Assembly: GCF_000092105.1 (NCBI RefSeq) | Contig: NC_014148.1 | Location: 2,610,001-2,642,000, forward strand | Length of the DNA: 32,000 nucleotides | Direction of reading: 5' to 3' | Origin: Planctopirus limnophila DSM 3776 | Lineage (GTDB): Bacteria; Planctomycetota; Planctomycetia; Planctomycetales; Planctomycetaceae | In this document: piece by piece, positions 27,596-32,000 of the stretch | Layout: each line of letters begins with the position of its first letter | Numbering within the stretch: the first letter of the stretch is position 1 | The notes under the pieces: generated by a model | Databases searched by the model: none | Told to the model about the DNA's origin: nothing | Seen by the model: the letters and a program-made list of their open reading frames with translations, nothing else | Program-made: the position numbers and the translations under genes

Positions 27596-29065
27596 TTGGA
27601 AAAACCTCGTCCACGATTGCTGTTCATCACTGGCAAACTGGCAGAGCATTCGCTTCGTCAGACGCTCATTCCCCTTTCTAAAAAAGCCAATTTTGAATTC
27701 GAGATTTGCGTGTTGGGGATCACGGTCGCCGCACTGATGACGACACCATGGATTCTGCGAAAACTCAAAGAATCGCATCTTGAATCTGGTGCATTCGATC
27801 AGGCGATCCTTCCGGGATCCGTCGAGGGGGAGTTAAACCCATTGAATGAGTTTCTGGGTTTCCCGGCCATCCGCGGCCCAAAAGATCTTTTCGACCTGCC
27901 CGAGTTCTTTGGACACGATCAGAAGTCACCGCCAGATCTCACGCAACATGCAATTGAGATACTGGCGGAGATTAATCATGCCCCCCGACTCTCCCTGGAT
28001 CAGATTCTGAGGCAAGCGGAGTCTTATCGCGAAGCAGGTGCTGACGTGATTGATCTCGGTTGTCTTCCCGGTGTGGCCTGGCCCAACCTTGAAGCAACGA
28101 TTCGATCACTGCAAAACCACGGGTTACGACTGTCGATCGACAGTTTCTCACAAGACGAAGTTCTGCGGGCTGTCGCCTCAGGAGTCAAACTGGTCTTAAG
28201 TGCCAATTCATCGAATCGCGATTGGGCACAATCCACCGGGGCTGAATTTGTCCTGGTTCCTGATCATCCTCAGAATCTGGAGACGCTGATCACCACGCGC
28301 GAGGCATTTGTCAGTTCAGGGACTCCTTTTCGGCTCGACCCCATTCTGGAACCCATCGGATTTGGATTTGGAGAATCCATCAGTCGCTATCGGCAAACAC
28401 GCCAGCAGTTCCCCGCTGATAAAATGATGATGGGGGTGGGGAACCTGACAGAGATGACCGAAGTGGACAGTTCGGGTGTCAACTTTCTTCTGGCAGCCTT
28501 ATGTACCGAGTGGCGGATTGAAAGCATCCTGACAACCGAAGTGATCAACTGGAGTCGATCTTCCATTCGGGAGTTTGAGATTGCCCGGCGGCTGACTCAT
28601 TTCGCAATTGAACAACAACGGGTGCCCAAGCATCTGGGCGGAAGCCTTGTTCTTCTGCGGGACCCTAAACTGAAAGAGCAGGGCGAAGCAGGCCTGGCTC
28701 ATTTAAGGCAGCTGGTCACAGACCCGAACTTTCGCATTTTTGCCGAGCGGGGTGAGATCCACCTATTTAATCGTGATGGGTACTGGCATGGGAATGACCC
28801 ATACGAAGTCTATGATCGGATGATCGCCTGTGTGGGAACTTTGACTGCCGAACATGCCTTTTACCTTGGCTATGAACTCTGCAAAGCCAAGACCGCATTA
28901 ACACTTGGTAAACATTACCAGCAGGATCAATCTCTCCGCTGGGGATTTCTCACCGAACCCGAAATCAGTGCCACAGAACGTCGTAAGCAAGAACGGCGTC
29001 AGCAGCAGGATCGATCTCAGGACATGACCTTAGAAAATCAAAGACAGGAGGAACGTCCTGCATGA
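27596..29065 (+). CDS. Dihydropteroate-synthase-like (pterin-binding) protein with an extra N-terminal domain; methanopterin-type DHPS candidate
   Basis: EAGADVIDLGC, LRLSIDSF..DEVLRAVASGVKLVLSAN and MMGVGNLTEMTEVDS resemble the pterin-binding barrel segments of DHPS-like proteins. The ~130-aa N-domain (RLLFITGKLAE...) and the 489-aa length match the archaeal/methylotroph-style DHPS-related proteins I recall. TTG start. The stop overlaps the pabB start (ATGA). Confidence 0.7.
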   Translation: MEKPRPRLLFITGKLAEHSLRQTLIPLSKKANFEFEICVLGITVAALMTTPWILRKLKESHLESGAFDQAILPGSVEGELNPLNEFLGFPAIRGPKDLFDLPEFFGHDQKSPPDLTQHAIEILAEINHAPRLSLDQILRQAESYREAGADVIDLGCLPGVAWPNLEATIRSLQNHGLRLSIDSFSQDEVLRAVASGVKLVLSANSSNRDWAQSTGAEFVLVPDHPQNLETLITTREAFVSSGTPFRLDPILEPIGFGFGESISRYRQTRQQFPADKMMMGVGNLTEMTEVDSSGVNFLLAALCTEWRIESILTTEVINWSRSSIREFEIARRLTHFAIEQQRVPKHLGGSLVLLRDPKLKEQGEAGLAHLRQLVTDPNFRIFAERGEIHLFNRDGYWHGNDPYEVYDRMIACVGTLTAEHAFYLGYELCKAKTALTLGKHYQQDQSLRWGFLTEPEISATERRKQERRQQQDRSQDMTLENQRQEERPA

Positions 29066-30498
29066 TCCCCCCTGTTGTCATTCCCTTGTCTGCGGAAATG
29101 CACCCCCAATTCGTGACCCATCGACTGGCTTCACTCGATGCACTGTGCGTACTCGAAAGTGCTGTTCAACACGCCCATCTGGGCAGGTACTCGTATGTCA
29201 TGGCCGATCCCTGGTTCTTAAGCGATGAGTACAACGTTCAACCCTCGACAGATCCTTTGAGCCCCATCGCCAAGGTAATGAAGAATCTGCCCTTCGAGCG
29301 TCAGCCGGAACTCCCACCTTTTCAGGGTGGCTTTGCCGGAGTGCTTTCTTATGAAGCTGGCCGGGCATTTGACCGCATGCCGTCAGCCAGACATCGCGAC
29401 TTTCTCATCCCGGATTTCTCGATGAGTTTTTACGATGTCGTTTTTGCCTGGGATCATATTGAGAATCGAGGTTGGTTGATCTCTCAAGGCTGGCCCGAAA
29501 TCAAACCGGCTGCTCGTGCAACAAGAGCGACAGCGCGGGCCCGACAATTTATGAATTTGCTTGAGCAGAAGGTCACTGATCTAACTCCCCAGATTCCTCC
29601 AAAGGGAGACATAAGCTATCGCTCTTTGGAAAGCCTCTCTGCACCGTCGTTTGCATTAGCTGGACACGACAACATCTGGAGTAACTTTCGCAGGGAGGAT
29701 TATCTTCAGGCTGTAGATCGTGTGATCGAGTACATCCGGGCCGGCGACATCTTTCAGGCCAACCTGACCCAGCGTCTATTGACTCCACAAACCATACCCA
29801 GCCTGCAGATCTGGGAGAGGCTCCGTCAGCACAATCCCTCGCCATTCATGGCATTCTGGCAAAGGCCCAAATGGTCGTTATTGAGTGCTTCTCCTGAACG
29901 ATTTCTCAAGATCGAAAAGCAAAGCGTTGAGACACGCCCCATCAAGGGGACACGCCGGAGGCAAGGTGCTGAAGCGGATTTATTTCTACGCGACGAATTG
30001 CGAGAAAGCCGCAAAGATGTAGCCGAGAATGTGATGATTGTGGATCTGCTGAGGAACGATCTCTCACGGGTTTGTCGTGCTGGAAGTGTGAACGTTCCTG
30101 CATTATGCGAAGTGGAAACCTATCGGACAGTTCAACATCTCGTGAGTGTTGTCACGGGAGAACTCTCCGAGCCTTTTGACTCCTGGGACGCCTTGCGGGC
30201 CTGTTTTCCCGGCGGTTCGATCACGGGGGCACCGAAAGTTCGAGCGACGGAAATCATTGCTGAACTGGAACCCACCACACGAGGCCCTTACACAGGAACA
30301 TTGTTCTACATGACCCCCGATCTCTGGTGCGACAGCAGTATTCTCATTCGCACATTCATCGCGAGCGAGGGCTGGCTGCAATTGGGAGTCGGGGGTGGCA
30401 TTGTCGTCAATTCCGACCCGGTTCAAGAGTTCGAGGAGACATTAACCAAAGCCTCCGGAATGCTTGCGGCTCTGACTCGCCCCCATTCGAGCGAGTAA
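29062..30498 (+). CDS. pabB: Aminodeoxychorismate synthase component I
   Basis: Chorismate-binding enzyme fold: GDIFQANLTQR, SPERFL, RPIKGTRRR (the Lys in PIKGT is diagnostic of PabB; TrpE has PIAGT), MIVDLLRNDL, FPGGSITGAPK, RGPYTG, IRT, GGGIV.DS. Confidence 0.85.
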   Translation: MIPPVVIPLSAEMHPQFVTHRLASLDALCVLESAVQHAHLGRYSYVMADPWFLSDEYNVQPSTDPLSPIAKVMKNLPFERQPELPPFQGGFAGVLSYEAGRAFDRMPSARHRDFLIPDFSMSFYDVVFAWDHIENRGWLISQGWPEIKPAARATRATARARQFMNLLEQKVTDLTPQIPPKGDISYRSLESLSAPSFALAGHDNIWSNFRREDYLQAVDRVIEYIRAGDIFQANLTQRLLTPQTIPSLQIWERLRQHNPSPFMAFWQRPKWSLLSASPERFLKIEKQSVETRPIKGTRRRQGAEADLFLRDELRESRKDVAENVMIVDLLRNDLSRVCRAGSVNVPALCEVETYRTVQHLVSVVTGELSEPFDSWDALRACFPGGSITGAPKVRATEIIAELEPTTRGPYTGTLFYMTPDLWCDSSILIRTFIASEGWLQLGVGGGIVVNSDPVQEFEETLTKASGMLAALTRPHSSE

Positions 30499-30606
30499 AG
30501 ACCTATTTGCGCCGAATTGTTCCTTCTGTAGGGCAAGAGATGCTATTTTCGTGATGCCACGTTGACCACCATAGATCGCCGATCGACCACGCCTGATAAG
30601 TGCCAC

Positions 30607-31284
30607 ATGCTGCTGATCATCGACAATTATGACAGCTTCGTTCAAAACGTCGCCCGCTATCTGGTCGAGCTTGGCCAGAACGTTCGTGTCGTCAGAAATG
30701 ATGTCCTTTCGATCCAGCAGATCATCGAACTGGCCCCGTCTGCCATTGTCATCTCTCCTGGCCCATGCTCACCTACAGAAGCGGGGATTTCTCTGGAAGT
30801 TATCAAACGGCTATCAGGGAAGATTCCCATACTCGGCATCTGTCTGGGGCACCAGGCGATTGGTGCCGCTTTTGGCGGCAAAGTCGTGCGGGCACATCGT
30901 CCCCTCCATGGAGAAGCATCAAGCGTCACTCATCATGGCCACGCTCTGTTCCATGGTCTGCCAGAAACTTTTCAAGCTGGCCGCTATCACTCACTGGTGA
31001 TTGATCATCATGATTTACCAGACGAACTGGAGCCTTTGGCATGGACTCTCGACGCACCTCACGATACCCCCGTGCTCATGGCCGTTGGCCACCGAACCCA
31101 TGCCACTTTTGGCATGCAATTTCATCCGGAATCGATACTGACACAAGGTGGCCACCGATTATTGTCCAACTTCCTAAGCCTGGCCAAACTCCCATCGTCA
31201 AATCATCTTGCCGAATCAAAAGTTGAGTCCCAACCACCGGAAACAGGCAATTCCGTGGCAGGCAGAGCGGCTGTCTTCTGGTGA
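30607..31284 (+). CDS. pabA: Aminodeoxychorismate/anthranilate synthase glutamine amidotransferase component II
   Basis: MLLIIDNYDSFV.N...YL.ELG, ISPGPCSP.EAGIS, PILGICLGHQAIG (Cys nucleophile), RYHSL and QFHPESI (His/Glu) are present. ATG 30607 is preferred over the TTG at 30562. Confidence 0.9.
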   Translation: MLLIIDNYDSFVQNVARYLVELGQNVRVVRNDVLSIQQIIELAPSAIVISPGPCSPTEAGISLEVIKRLSGKIPILGICLGHQAIGAAFGGKVVRAHRPLHGEASSVTHHGHALFHGLPETFQAGRYHSLVIDHHDLPDELEPLAWTLDAPHDTPVLMAVGHRTHATFGMQFHPESILTQGGHRLLSNFLSLAKLPSSNHLAESKVESQPPETGNSVAGRAAVFW

Positions 31285-31287
31285 AAA

Positions 31288-31464
31288 ATGCTTCTGATCG
31301 ATCCTTCTCAAGATCGTTTCATCGTAAAAGAAACACCATTGGGCGGTCGTCAAACTCTACCTAGATCTCCAATTCTACTTATGCGCCAAAGCGCCCTTAA
31401 AGAGAGCAAAACTCAGTCTCCGTCGAGTTCTCTCGACTTTCTCTTCACCGAAGAAACTTCCTGA
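31288..31464 (+). CDS. Possible 58-aa ORF starting 3 nt after the pabA stop (not in the ORF track)
   Basis: My translation: MLLIDPSQDRFIVKETPLGGRQTLPRSPILLMRQSALKESKTQSPSSSLDFLFTEETS*. The only support is tight spacing to pabA and an open frame. No motif recognised. Confidence 0.2.
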   Translation: MLLIDPSQDRFIVKETPLGGRQTLPRSPILLMRQSALKESKTQSPSSSLDFLFTEETS

Positions 31465-31641
31465 CGTCGGCAACTTTTTCATGAGGCAAGGTTGAGTGGT
31501 TGCAGTGCGAATGCTGCAAATCGGATTTGTCTTCGGAGCCGCCCACTCATGCTCTCTTCATGTCTGCACTGTTCGAGCCAGGATTCACAATCCCACTTCT
31601 GTTCCAACCCAATCGTGGCCTTCCAGAAGGGCCTGCGATCG

Positions 31642-32000
31642 ATGGGACTGGTTCTGCTGATCTTCATCACAACACAATCGGCCTGGGCACAGTATCCACA
31701 GGGAGGACATCCACAGGGAGGGCAGGGAAGTGTGTGGCTGGGCAGCTATAACACAGCACTCCAGGAAGCCAGCCGCACAAACAAACCTGTGCTGCTGCAT
31801 TTCTCAGCCACCTGGTGCGGGCCATGCCAACAGATGGAGCGGGGTGTCTTTCCTCATCCTCAAGTTCAACAGCTTTTGCGCACTTCTGTGGCTGCTGTGA
31901 AAGTTGACTCCGATCAGAATCCACAACTCGTTCAACAGTATGGCGTCCGGGGGTTACCTGCCGATGTCATGATCGATCCTCGAAATGGCAAGGTTCTCCT
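31642..32000 (+). CDS. Secreted thioredoxin-family protein, 3' end beyond the window
   Basis: Not in the track because it runs off the window edge. My translation: MGLVLLIFITTQSAWAQYPQGGHPQGGQGSVWLGSYNTALQEASRTNKPVLLHFSATWCGPCQQMERGVFPHPQVQQLL...VDSDQNPQLVQQYGVRGLPADVMIDPRNGKVL. It has a signal peptide, a WCGPC active site and a cis-Pro context (GLP). No stop to base 32000. Confidence 0.75.
   Translation, partial: MGLVLLIFITTQSAWAQYPQGGHPQGGQGSVWLGSYNTALQEASRTNKPVLLHFSATWCGPCQQMERGVFPHPQVQQLLRTSVAAVKVDSDQNPQLVQQYGVRGLPADVMIDPRNGKVL

Noticed and set aside
29062-31284. Possibility that these are anthranilate synthase trpE/trpG
   Set aside because: Component I has PIKGT (PabB-type Lys) rather than PIAGT. 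It is translationally coupled to a pterin-binding DHPS-like gene. No trpD/C/B/A genes are nearby. The amidotransferase could still serve both pathways.
1-32000. CRISPR arrays, rRNA genes, IS elements or transposase genes
   Set aside because: I saw no regularly spaced direct repeats, no rRNA-like conserved blocks and no transposase-like ORFs. The only RNA gene I could fold is tRNA-Cys. This was a visual scan only, so short or degenerate repeats could have been missed.

Overview
32 kb chromosomal segment, roughly 50% GC by eye. Gene content and style suggest a Planctomycetota-like genome: RNase Y, TolC/HlyD envelope genes, methanopterin-type pterin genes, long intergenic spacers and many non-ATG starts. 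That taxonomic call is inference only. All family assignments come from motifs read in the supplied translations or my own translation; no database search was run.

Contents, left to right:
(1) The right-hand end of an integrated element, with a rolling-circle-type Rep (open from base 1), an excisionase-like HTH and a tyrosine integrase. It abuts a tRNA-Cys(GCA) gene on the minus strand.
(2) Housekeeping genes: an HtrA-like protease, a stand-alone FtsH-type M41 peptidase domain, rny, tilS and an MFS transporter.
(3) Two tiny basic proteins and an ATP-grasp protein.
(4) A single-gene Swt1-like HEPN + 2 TM + zinc-ribbon protein.
(5) AroH-type chorismate mutase.
(6) An arsR-ABC-HlyD-TolC operon. 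Its ABC protein has a Cys-less C39-like N-domain and a nucleotide-binding domain in which Walker A, signature, Walker B Glu and H-loop His are all substituted.
(7) A secreted thioredoxin-fold protein, RidA, ndk, carA and a second ArsR regulator.
(8) A pterin/pABA operon: an atypical SDR, a DHPS-like protein, pabB and pabA.
(9) A 5' partial secreted thioredoxin at the window edge.

No CRISPR array, rRNA or IS element was seen.

The candidates I rate highest for an undescribed system are the catalytically degenerate type-I-secretion-like operon (15283-21574) and the HEPN-TM-Zn-ribbon gene (13728-14612).
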